Origin: Marsupella aquatica
Taxonomy: Eukaryota > Plantae > Marchantiophyta
NCBI GenBank assembly: GCA_973895155.1
Contig: OZ316895.1
Coordinates: 9,102,184 to 9,166,183 of the forward strand
Reading direction: 5' to 3'
DNA: 64,000 nt
The position numbers and the translations under genes were made by a program. The notes under the pieces were generated by a model that was not told the DNA's origin, did no database searches, and was given only the letters and a program-made list of their open reading frames with translations. Of the stretch, positions 52,900 through 64,000 are shown piece by piece (position 1 is the first letter of the stretch; each line of letters begins with the position of its first letter).

Positions 52900-54990
52900 C
52901 TCTGGAATTGAGTGTTGGTTGTGCATGGAGCTCTGAATTGGGGAGAAACTATGAAGACAAATGTATTATAACGGACTTGTTGTGGGATTAAGTTGAAAAA
53001 GTGCGGTGAACAAAATCAATTTTGAAGTTTGTGACCATGGAAGCGAGGAGTAATGGAAAGTAAGTGATGGCTCTGGAGCCCAAGAATTTTTTGTGTTAGG
53101 TTACAGTGTGTAAGGACGATCGTGAGAGATCTGGTTTTCTATTTGATGGAATCGTTCGCATTTACTAGAGAGTCATAGTGAAATGCAAATGAGGTATGAG
53201 TATAACTCTTCAATGTCCCTTAATCTTTAAATTTGTTAAGGGCCATGGGAGTGCATTGGAACAAGAAGTAATGGGCTTGCTTGAACAGTTTTGCATAAAC
53301 AAAGTTGCTTTCATTAAGCTCATACTAACATTCAAGTCTCAATTTCTTCCCAGTTATGAAACATTTCTGGTGCTCTACTTGTCTTAAAATCAAGGGCAGC
53401 CTCTCAGGATTCCATGATGTCTTCATCTGTAGTAGTCATTTGGCCAAGGGATTTCCATGCCAATGCCAAGAATTTTCTGTCCCTAGAATAATTTTTGATT
53501 TCAACGTAACCCTAACCTTCTCATGAAAACATGATAGTATCCTGGGCTCATAGTATGAGGGTGGAGAAAAGACTTATTAATTATTACTTAACTATATAAA
53601 AAAATTACAAAACTTTCATGTGAAGTGATGGCTCGTCCATTTTGTATATTCATAAGATAAGCACTCTTTTGCCAACAGTTGAGTGTTGTCCCCAGTCCAT
53701 CTTGTGACCGTAATGTTCAACATAACTCACAAATGACCAATCAAGAATGATAGAAATTCACAATTTCTCCAATGTGTAAGCGAAAACGGTCATCAAAAAC
53801 TCAACTCCTCTACATTGAACTTTTGTTTGATAAAACAGAGAGATTATCTCAACCAGATCAATCTCCTCTATCTTTCGAGCATTCTCTTTTCTACGAGCAC
53901 ACACCAAGACCATCGGGAGACTCAAAACCATCGGTTATTGCCTTGCTGAAAATTGATTTCACTTCATCCCACACACATTCCTTGGATGAACATGGGGGTC
54001 CACGGGGGTATTTACAAACGACAAGAAACAGCAAACAGTAACAGGAAAATGAGTGGTAATTTTTTTTGAAATTTTTTTGAAATTTTTTTTGAAATTTTTT
54101 TTATGGAAAAAGTTTTTTATTTCGAATTTTATTTTTTTGCTAGTGCCCAAAGCTAGCCAAAAAATGTTGTAATTTAATTTTTTTTGGAAAATGTGACTTT
54201 TGAGAAAATATTTTGACATGGTTATTTTTCCTAGTAATAGTAACTTTTTGCTGGTACCTGTAAACCTGTTTCTTGTTTACTGTCACGCATGCCATACCCC
54301 ATCATCGGATGGGGTGTTTAAATCTTGCTATAGTTTGTTTTATGCAGTCAAAAGATATGGAAATTGTCCTTGATTCCAAGTTTTCCAAATTTCCTCTATG
54401 TGAGTGTTTTTGTCTGGTAAACAAGGCAAAATCTTTTTCCTGCACTGACTTCTATTAGAGCCATGCCTGTTTTAGGCTTGGTTCATTATGATCTTTGTGG
54501 CCAATGAACAACACCTCTTTGTTACACAAAAATAAAACCCAAGTTGGTTCTCACATCAAGTCTTTGAGAGGTGACAAGTATGTTTCTCAAAAGTTTTATC
54601 AATTCACGCACAACATGGTATTTCATGGAAAATTATCATACCCGTTACTCTTGAATAGAAATTTGGTATGGCCAAATGTAAAGACAACCTTGGTTAACTC
54701 TGCCCAAAGCATGATATTTGCTACACATCTCTCTTCACACTATTGGGTTGAAGCAATTCTAATTGCCTGCTACCTTCAAATATATTAACTTGGAGTTATT
54801 CTTCATCCTTGATGAAAGATCTTACTCCTTTGAAGTTTGGACAAGTCACAAACAATCAAGTTCTTACCCATGTCCAATGAACTAAAAATGCAAGAAGTTT
54901 TCTTGAAAAATTAAAACTATTTATTCATTGGGTATGATGAAGATTCGGTGTCAATGGTTATTGACCGTATAATGTGCAAACACTTTGTTT
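52900..54990 (+). mobile_element. Highly decayed Ty1/copia LTR retrotransposon internal region (gag, Zn knuckle, integrase)
   Basis: gag-like FLPSYETFL (~53345); knuckle relic FICSSHLAK (~53420); integrase relics CECFCLVNK, LVHYDLCG, IKSLRGD, TLVNSAQSM..LSSHYWVEAILIACYL, TPFEVWT and FIGYDE (54400-54945) with many stops and frameshifts. No LTRs identified. Confidence 0.7.
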
Positions 54991-55042
54991 GGGGACTGTT
55001 TAAGTGCAGTGTAATATTGTTGATTTAACAAAAATGTTAGGA

Positions 55043-55394
55043 CACTAGTAGAAACAGGGTCAATTTAGACTGAACCTTTTAGGACTTAGCCCACTAAGTC
55101 CTTTTGATATACTTTAAATGACTCAGAACCATTGCACCAGTTCACACAACTACTAGGATAGACTATCAGTGTTTAATGGTTTATGAAAAGACTAATTAAG
55201 AAAACTTTGCTACTTTGTGAACTATCAACACTCTAGAATGTTCATAATGGTTGATTTGTTGACTATTGATAATGGTCACGGGGTTGCACGTAGTTGTCCT
55301 GCACCCTAAAAGGGCATGGGTCAGATTGCCAAATAGTAAGACAGTCCTACTATGCTCAATTCATTCATCTTCCTTGCTATGCATGGGCAACATA
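55043..55394 (+). mobile_element. Second CACTA-type terminus, possibly an older element interrupted by the main CACTA
   Basis: CACTAGTAGAAACAGGG at 55043; no partner end in the window. Confidence 0.35.
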
Positions 55395-55418
55395 CACTAG
55401 TACATTTTTGGCCCTTTT

Positions 55419-55835
55419 TCCGATCCTAACAACATCGGACCCCTTCAGAAATTTTGACGCAGAAAAATGACCCGTCCGATGTGATTTACTTCGCACTTTC
55501 CCATACTTCACCCATCGGATATCGACAATCGGACATCCATCGGAATTTCCATTTCTGATACAATTGGTACATCCGTTACTGAATGTTTCGGATAATTTGT
55601 GTCCGATTCTAATTTCATCGGATACTATAGGCCCACCAAAAGGTAATATCAAGGGTCCGATGTATTTTATATGGGATAGTCCGATGTAAAACATATCGGA
55701 GTTTGCGTAGCAATATGTATCGGGACATCCGTAGTGGTGTGTAACGCAAATTGCGATGCTGAAAATATCGGACATTTGGGAGGAGGGGTCCGAAATAGTT
55801 TACTTCGGAAGTTCCGTAGCGTATGGTATCGGATA
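55419..55835. repeat. CACTA subterminal array of TCCGA(T)/(A)TCGGA motifs
   Basis: More than 15 copies in both orientations, e.g. ttccgatcc, catcggacc, gtccgatgt, catcggata, gtccgatt. Confidence 0.88.
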
Positions 55836-56175
55836 TGAGTTGGGTCACCGGCTTGACTAATAATGGATATTTAGGGTTTGTGGGGGTTTAATATTGGATT
55901 CATGGGAATCATTTGGGGGTTTAGGTTTAGGGTTCAGGCTGAGATTGACAAAATAGGGTCCAAAGAGCATGCTCAAAGCAAGGTAGTGGTTGAATTAAAT
56001 ATCAGGTTTTCACAATGGGGAACACCCCAATATGTACAAAATGAAATGGGCCTAGGTAGGCAGTAGAGCCATATGGCCGGTGACGGCTACATGAAACACC
56101 AAAATGAGGCTCTAACTGGCCTACACTATGTGGTACCTCTAATCAAAGCTATCAGACACTATGTACCACAAACCT

Positions 56176-58703
56176 CTAAAAAGGTGTGTTGCGTCCCTTC
56201 TTCTTCTTTGGGCGAGAGCGTGGGCGGGGTACAGGTTCGGGAGCGCGAGACCCCTCATGTTGGTGGCTGCCCACAACCGTGGTAGCCACCTGCTCAGCGG
56301 ATGGCGTGGGTTGGCCTGATGCAGGTCTAGACCCTGAACCACTAGATGCACCACTACGGTGCTCAGGCAAGACAGATGTCCCACCACCCCCCGACACAGC
56401 AGAGTGGAAGGAGCCCTCTCCGGTAGACCTACGCGAGTGATGGGATGCTCCACCTGCATGTGTTGTCTCTGGCCCGTGCCGTGCTGTACTCCCACCAGAC
56501 TCACGAGATGGCGCTCGCCCCCTAGAACCACCATCCTGTATGTCACTAGTCCCTCGTCGTGGAGGGCCAGCTGGTGCACTATGTACCCCGGACCGATGGC
56601 CTGGTCCCACACGACCTCTACTACCCCCTGACGGCCCGGGCCTACCACCCCGTGATGCTGCTGAATGATGGGAGCCCACACCATCAGCATCATGTGAACC
56701 AGCACCCTCTGCTGATGTGGGGGCAACATGAGGGATAGGGGTAATCGTGGCCACTCTCGCCAACCCTGCCGCATCCTCTGCATCCTCATCACCTGCATTC
56801 TCATCACCAGCATCCTCATCGCCAGCATCCTCATCACCAGCATCCTCATCACCACCGTCCTCATCACCTGCATCCTCATCACCTGCCCCACCTGACTCCT
56901 CATCCGATCCCGACTCCTCCTCCTACGCAATACATAGCTAGGATTAAATTGTTGTTAAATTAGTTTATATAGGGCCTCCAAAACTCTAACAAATTCACCA
57001 TAACCAAAAACATTTTCATAACCTAGGGGGAACACAAACCTCTCCCAACTCATCCTCAAGGTGGCGCTTAAGAGCGCGGGGTCCATTCCTCTTTGCCAAA
57101 TCCCTCTCGGATGGCCCAATAGGTCTACCCCACTCCCTTTCCTGGCAGTTCACAGTCCCAAACAAAATATCCCATTAGCATGAAACCAAGCAATCTTGGA
57201 CCCCATAATGCACACCCTACATACCCCTCATTAAAACTGTTATCATAGTAAACCCTAATTTAAAATAGGACCCCTGCCACATACCCATACATATCCTATA
57301 CCCTATATATAAACCCCTAATCAAACTAGTTCTCAAATTTAACCCTAATTTAAAAAACTCCACAAAGTGCTACTCAATCATGAAACCCCTAAAACCTAAT
57401 ACCAAAGTTAAACAGTTATTGCTATAAGCCCCCTAAAAATGCCACAAAACCTGATAATTAAGCTTTCCACGAGGGGTCCGATTCTCCATCCGATTGTCTT
57501 AGCATCGGAACTGCCTCGGAACGTTAGTGCCAAAAAATGAATAACAAGAGGTCCGATGCCGGGTCCGATGCAGAAAGAATCGGACACCTATCGGAAAGCA
57601 CAGGGCCGAGAGCAAATTACACCATCGGGCTGCAAAGGGTTTAAAGCATTTGGAGGCTAAAAAATGGTCACTCTTCACAACAGAAGGTCAGGTGGTCGGG
57701 GGGAGGAGCTAGGGAGGAGGGAGAGGGGACTTACAAATTCGGCCTTCAGTCGATTGGAGCCGCCTTGCCCCATCCGGTGAGTGACCACAGGTCGACCTTG
57801 CACTCGCTGCAAAGCTGCTATGATGTCCTTTGGTGGCTTGGGGAGTCTTACCTCTTGTGCATGCCACTGTTGTAGCATCTGTTGGAGGGGGAGGATGTCA
57901 ATTTCCTCTCCAGCTTTCCTCTTCTCCTCTGCCAGGCTGATTTCGAGATTGTAGTGACGTTTTTGCAGCCAGGCTCGGACTGCTAGTTCCTCCTCAAGCC
58001 AAGCTGCCCACTCATCTGAGGAAAGCGCATCTGGACAGCCCTGCTCCCTGACCACCTCTGCATCCATCGGCATCTCAGCAAGGTAGTTCCTGAATTTCTC
58101 TCTTTGATGGTTTCGCATGTCTGAGAGTGAGGCGGATATCCTCTTGTTCAAGAACCTATCATCAATGTGTGCCCCGTTCTTGAATCGTTCTTTCACTTGC
58201 TCTCGAATTCTGGATTTCTCTTCCTCCTTCTTCTTGCCCCAGTAATCTAATGGCCCCAAATTGGCCTGCACCACTTGTTTGAATTGGCTGCGAAAGAGAT
58301 TGTAGCCCCTGGGTAATGGAGAGCCACCTGAGTTTAGGGGTAGCTCAGGCCTCAAAGCTCTCTCTGCTTCCTTTCGCTTGAGCTCCTCTACTCGCCCCTT
58401 CTCAGCTTCCCTAGCCTCCCTCCGAAGCTTCTTCTCTCGTTTTCGAGGAGAGAGAGACTCCTCTGCATCTGCCCTGCTTCTCTTTGCCTCCTTCTTCTTC
58501 TTCTTTGCAGCTGCAATGGCTGCTACAACAGCTTTCTCAGCCTCAATCTTTGAGGCATCAAACAAGGTCTGCAAAAGCGGGACTACTCTAGCTGCATCCT
58601 CCACACTCAACCCGGCCCTAGCAACAAAAATCTCCTTCATCACCTCATCGTATGCCCGAGAAGGTCCAGCCCCATCCCCACCACCAGATTCGCCTCCCAC
58701 CAT
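56176..58703 (-). pseudogene. TnpA-like (Ptta/En-Spm Transposase_24-like) accessory gene of the CACTA; 3 exons; one premature stop
   Basis: Exons 58703-57735, 57141-57040 and 56937-56176 join in phase 0 via GT-AG. CPDALSSDEWAAWLE and HRMGQGGSNRLKAEF|EREWGRPI resemble TnpA-family segments. Basic NLS-like runs KKKKKEAKR and KKKKGR; in-frame TAG at 56925-56923; acidic GDEDA repeats follow. Confidence 0.65.
56775..56905 (-). repeat. 15 bp coding minisatellite (GDEDA)n in TnpA-like exon 3
   Basis: Plus-strand unit catcctcatcacc(t/a)g repeated about 7-8 times. Confidence 0.9.
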
Positions 58704-59878
58704 CTCCCCTCCTCCTTTGAGCTCCCCTCCCAGCCTCGACAATAGCCTAAGTGTCAAGTGCGAAGCTTGTCCCGACTCGCGGGTCTTCGCACCAGCGTCG
58801 GGACTTCTTTTTTGAAATCTGGCCTGTTGCGTCCGATGCAAATTGCTTCGGACTTTCCGAAGCCGAGAACATCGGTATTGGTATCGGACCTTCCGATATG
58901 TTTGACATCGGACCCCTCGTTGTTAATGGGTTGCCTTTTGTTTGCCAAGGTTTGTTCGTTTCTTATAGTATCGGACCCCTCGTAGAATTCTTTCGGATGC
59001 ACCTTTTCTTTCCCAAATTAAGGGGGTGTGATGTGCTTAGTTAAATGGGTTGAATTGGGTATGGATTCTAGAGTTTTGGGGTTTTTTGAATTTGGGTTGG
59101 GTATGGTTGTGTTAACATTTTCTTTCCATTTGAATTGACAGGTTTTTTGATGTAGGGTGATACATACCTCACTGGGAGGGTGACCGTGACGTGCATGTGA
59201 CTCTTGTGCATACTAGTTCCTTCTTCAAGGATACAATTTTTGGGTTTGTTCTTGATTTTCATTTTTTGGGGGATAATTTTACTCTGGTTGTGCATACCTA
59301 ATATGTTAGGCTATAATGATGCAATTCTTATATAGTCTTGCTTGAGACATTGGTTTAGGGTTTTTATGAGGATAGTGTTGTACATTTTCTTATGATAACA
59401 TGAAGCCATTGTTAGGCTAATGTTTGTGTTTGGATATGATGTGCAGTACCTTGATTTTGGCATGGAGGGGTAGGTTAATTAGTTTTTTTGATGGGGGTTG
59501 GTAGTCTTTTTTGATAATGCACTATGCATAGCGTGAGACCGCGCATCCAAGAGGTATGATGTTTCTTGGCCCATCCATGTATTCTCCTCAGGTTGTAACA
59601 TAGAGGTTTACTTTGGCAAGTTTGACACATCGTTTGCCGAGGTGTGCATGTCGTGCACTTTTTTCACTTAGCTCACTATTGAAATGCCCACCTTGCAGAG
59701 ACTTTGGATATCCCACACTTTGTGTGTCGAGAATATAGCCCAATAGGCACAGCAAAGTGCGGATATCATTGAGGTACGTAGGGCAATGTCTCTCTATGTA
59801 AATCTCCTTAATTATGTTTGTATATACATCGACACAAGAAGTTGTTTAATCTAACTTACATGTTGGATATGTATGTAG

Positions 59879-61170
59879 ATGTCTACATCCGATAGTTCCA
59901 CATCGGATTCAGACTCTGACACGAGCTTGTCCGAGGGGGAGGTTCCTCCACCCCCTCCTCTTGACCGTCCTCGTGCTCCACTAGGGCCCATACCTTGCTG
60001 GTGTGTGAGATGCAAGGGACTTGTGGTTCGACATGCCTGGGAGACTTGTGAGCACATTGAGAACTATGGTCGCCATGAGGGTGATATGCCAGGTTATTTG
60101 CCTAGCCAGGTAAATAATTATACATACATCCCCCCTTTCATTTCATGAAACGGCAATTGGTGAAATATTGTATATAATTAGCTTGCATTCAAATAACACT
60201 ACTTAATTTATTGTGTGTTGAAATAGGTGCCTCGTAGACCCCCACCTCCTTTGGTTGATGATGTTGTGTGGCTAGAAGGGTTTCTAGCAAGGGCAAGGGA
60301 CTTGCTTGCATCCCCCCTTGCCCATCCACCTCTTAGCCCCCTGCTCCTATCCCCATAGTCGAGCATGTAGAGGGTGAACCGGTCTCTCGACCGGAGGTTG
60401 GGTGTACAAGAGTCCTACGTACACGACCACGGTCTCGCAGACGTAGATGGCAATATGAGCCACTGGAACAGGTAGACAACAGGGAGGAGGTGTTAGGCAG
60501 TGCCCGACCATCCAACAACGTAGATTATATTGGGGTTGATGGACGGTTTGGAGCATCTTATCTCACTGGTAGGGCAGCCGACATTTTGAAAGACTTTGAT
60601 CCTAGTCTCTTCAAATTTCCAGACTACATTCCTATTAATGAACCGATTGAGATATGGGGTCACTCTTGGATAGTGAAAGATTCCTCCATTGGTGCTGATA
60701 TAGGATATGGTCTATATGCTTTGGAGGACATTATTGTCCCTCCAAAGCCATGGAGACGTGGCTATGATGGAGAGCACCTTTTCCCTTACATTGGAGCTGT
60801 ATACAACGCTAAGAGTTGGAACATTTTGTTGCGTCAACACCCAAGTTGGGGGGTGTACGCATTAAGGATGGACTCAGACCCAGACGAGGTCTTCACTAGG
60901 CCGTGGCATTGTAGGATGATTGATGGTGACCCTGTTCGGAATTGTAATTTAGCAGGGTACATCAATAGTACCACGGGTAGAGGTAGAGATTTGGAGGCTA
61001 ATGTAGAGTGGATCCAGATGTTTGGTCCACCTAGAGCTCCATATTTTGTGAAACATATGGATGATCACATCATGACGGTCGCTGTTAGGACCATTAGAGC
61101 TGGTGAGGAGTTATTGTGTGATTATGAGTGGGATGCACCAAAATTGTCCCTACGTTCCCGTCCAAGATAG
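59879..61170 (+). pseudogene. CACTA-borne gene: transposase-associated Zn-like exon plus SET domain (one frameshift in the linker)
   Basis: Exon 1 (59879-60108) has IPCWCVRCKG..TCEHIENYG. Exon 2 starts at 60227, shifts frame near 60335-60345, then stays open 60337-61170 with SET motifs VKDSSI..IGYGLYALEDI, PYIGAVY, IDGDP..NLAGYINS, ANVEW and VAVRTIRAGEELLCDY. Confidence 0.8.
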
Positions 61171-61290
61171 TTTCTTGGACTTACATATATACATATATAT
61201 ATCGGATTCTTTTCCATTTTTAACATTGGATAATTGGTTGTTCACAATATTGATGTTGATGAGATTGCATGCATTGATGTTGTATGATAG

Positions 61291-64000
61291 AATCAATATG
61301 TGGTGCCTGATATTGGGGTAATATCACGAGCTATGCGGCAACACCTTGTTGAGGCCATGGTGGCGAATGATGGGGAGGAGAATGAGGTACAACATGAGGA
61401 TGATGACTCTACCCAAGATCGGCTTGAAGATGAGGAGGCCATGGATGAGCTCATGAACCAATTTTATGAAGATGATGCTGATATTGGTATGGAGGAGATG
61501 GGTTTCACCGATGACAACACCACTCATCCTTCTAGGGGGGGCCAGCAGAAGGAATGGGAAGAGGCTCAACGTCATGCTCGTACTCGCATATTTGAGGGGA
61601 GTAGGTTATCTCGGCTCTCAGCAATAATGTTATTGTTGAATCTGCAACAAAGACATGGGGCCAGCAACCTACTTTTGGATGATGTTTTTCGTACCCTACA
61701 TGATCGCATTTTACCACCAGGCAACAACATGCCAAGGTCTTGGAAGGAGGCTAAACAGGTGTTGAAGTCCATTGGTCTAAAGTATGAAGTGATACATGCA
61801 TGTGTAAATGACTGCATTCTTTTTAGGGGTGAGCATGAAAATGCAATCATATGTCCTGAGTGTGAGAAGCCGCGGTACCGTGATGACATGTTGACAGGGA
61901 AGGTGCCTCAAAAAGTTATGCGGTATTTTCCTCTCATCCCTCGATTGCGAAATCAATACCATTGTGCAGAGTTGGCTGAGTATATGGTATGACACTCACA
62001 ACATCGTTCTGATATGGGTACAGACTCCAGTGCCATGCGAATGATGGTTGACTCTCCTGCCAATCGATTTGTAGAGGATAGATGGGGTGAGTTCAAAACT
62101 GACCCACGACATGTGAGACTTGGATTGGCAACAGATGGTATTAGCCCTTTTGCATTGGCAGGTAAAGCAAAACCATATTCAGTATGGCCAGTAGTTCTAA
62201 CAAACTACAATATCCCTCCATGGATGGCCATGAAGAAAGGTCATCTACTACTCTCAATGATCATCCCGGGTCCTAAGCAAGTAAAAAAGATTGACATCTA
62301 CTTGCAACCTTTGATTGATGAGCTTTTGCAACTTTGGAGGGGAGTGGATTGTTATGACGGACGTCGCAACACTGGAGGTTTATCTCGCGCATTCACCCTC
62401 AAGGCCATTCTTATGTGGACCATGCATGATTTACCAGGTAATCACAGTAAACCTTGCAATTAATTTAACCCTATTTCATCAATCTTGCACTTAATTAAAA
62501 ATTGTATTCTTTTCTCTAACCTTCTTTCATTGGCTAGTTGTCCCTTGACCAATCATAGGGTTTGGATATATCTCTGGATTGCAAACATCAGGCTATCGAG
62601 CTTGCCCTTCATGTGGACCAGATTTGGAGGGAGTGGCAAGACGCAAGTCAATTACTTTGCGGAAGATAGTTTACATTGGTCATACTAAATATCTTCCAGC
62701 AGACCATCCTTGGAGGAGTGACCACTTCCTGTATGACACTGATGAGGGCCAACCTGATACCCGTCCTCAACCTCAGCGAAAGGATCCAGCATATATATTG
62801 GAGAGAGGTATGGCAAAGAGTTCAAGACCCAGATGATCCATTACAATTTCTCAGATGTGGGATGACCCGTTTGTCTGCATTATCACAGTTGCCATATTGG
62901 TCAGAGATGCCCATTAATCACTTGTTAGATCCGATGCACATTGAGGGGAATGTGGGGAGGTCATTGATTCGTCATCTATATGGGGAGAAGAACCACAATT
63001 GGAGAGAAAGTTGTGAGGAGATGGGGATGCATGGTCTTCTTGGTTTTTGGCCATCTTTGGACCCCCCTGGAGACCCCCCTAGCATCCATCCACCTTGGGT
63101 TTTGACTAGGGCAGAGCGCACTGAGTTTCGCAGACGTATTGGGTCAATGAGGTTTCCCACAGGTTATGGCGCAAATCTCCGAAAAGCATTTGGGGGGGAT
63201 GATTCTCCAAAATGGCCATCTTACTTGAAACACATGATTATCATCGGTTACTAGAACATGTCATTCCAGTTGCGATTATTGGATTGGGTAGTGAGGAACT
63301 TCGTGATGCCCTTTGGTCATTGGGAAAGCTTTTGAGATGGGTATGTCAGAAGGAGGTACAGGAGGATGAAACTGCTGCAATGGAGATATTTGGAGTAGAG
63401 GTTATTTGTAAGTTGGAGAAGGCACTCCCTCCCTCTTTCTTTGATGGCCAGGTTCATTTTCCCATACATTTAGTGCATGAGGTTGCAATTGCAGGCCCAG
63501 TGCATTGTCGATGGATGTATTGGGTTGAGCGTTATATGGGGGTGATGAAGTCGTACGTCTCTAATCGCGCTAGGGTGGAAGGTAGCATTGCAGAGCGTCA
63601 TCTTGGAGCAGAGAGTATGTTTTATTGTACAAACATAGTTGCCACACTAGATCCTAACGCTCCTAGGGGATGGATACATGAGGCAGCGCGAGAGGCGGAC
63701 TATGAGGATGATAGACTCACTGGGGCATCAGGAGAGCGTCTCTTGAGCTCAGCGGAGCGTTTGCAGCTCACAACATTTATGTTGTATAATTCACCAGAGG
63801 TTGTAGGGGAGTGGACAACATTTTATGAGGAGGAGAAGAAAAATAGTCGGCGACCACGATTATTTCCCAAGTTTCACCCATACATGAAGTCAAAGATGCT
63901 AGAAGTGGATGCCTTGGTGGGTATTGGGGAGAGCATATCACACTTCCCAAAGGTGATTGATAAGCTTCATACCTTGATTCATGGTCCACTACTTATAGTC
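61291..64000 (+). pseudogene. CACTA TnpD transposase (Transposase_21/Tnp2 plus DUF4218), disrupted, truncated by the window end
   Basis: IHACVNDCILFRGE..CPECEKPRY, VMRYFPLIPRL, VRLGLATDGISPF, YSVWPVVLTNYNIPPW, IDIYLQPLIDELLQLW, WTMHDLPG|FGY..GYRACPSC (intron ~62438-62558), LDPMHIEGNV, KLEKALPPSFFD..GPVHCRWMYWVERYM..EGSIAE. Lesions: TGA at 61990-61992 (conserved W of WH) and frameshifts at ~62808 and ~63229. Confidence 0.93.

Larger units (their letters stand above)
55395..64000 (+). mobile_element. CACTA (En/Spm) DNA transposon, left end plus internal genes; continues beyond the window
   Basis: TIR start CACTAGTACATTTTTGG at 55395 (preceded by ATA, the predicted 3 bp TSD); dense TCCGAT/ATCGGA subterminal repeats in both orientations at 55419-55835; TnpD transposase and TnpA-like ORF inside. 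Confidence 0.92.

Noticed and set aside
56139-56930. 263-aa ORF with MRMQV/MRMLV repeats
   Set aside because: Alternative frame of the 15 bp GDEDA minisatellite; splice phase supports the other frame.
58378-58815. 145-aa plus-strand ORF
   Set aside because: Antisense shadow of the TnpA-like exon 1.
55860-59360. Scattered TTTAGGG/CCCTAAA telomere-like heptamers
   Set aside because: Isolated copies inside the CACTA, not a tandem telomeric array.

Overview
Intron-rich land-plant nuclear DNA; a bryophyte or other non-seed plant is my inference from gene style and content. There are five recognisable host genes: a ~33-exon BIG5/MIN7-type ARF-GEF (2010-17714 +), an ectodomain-less receptor-like pseudokinase (24963-27535 +), a UBZ4-zinc-finger plus ALKBH4-like 2OG-Fe(II) dioxygenase (30633-34045 +), a RimJ/RimL-type GNAT (41197-42616 +) and a two-domain phytocystatin (43883-46511 -). 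A candidate small secreted peptide lies at 27802-28053 (-). Intergenic DNA holds MITE/foldback elements, tandem duplications, a NOP58 pseudogene fragment and a decayed Ty1/copia relic. From 55395 to the window end is a large CACTA (En/Spm) transposon with an unusual layout. A TnpA-like gene runs divergently on the minus strand, and a complete SET domain sits between the transposase-associated Zn exon and the TnpD transposase. This SET-carrying CACTA is the most interesting candidate system. Exon boundaries and family calls were made by eye from motifs; no searches were run.
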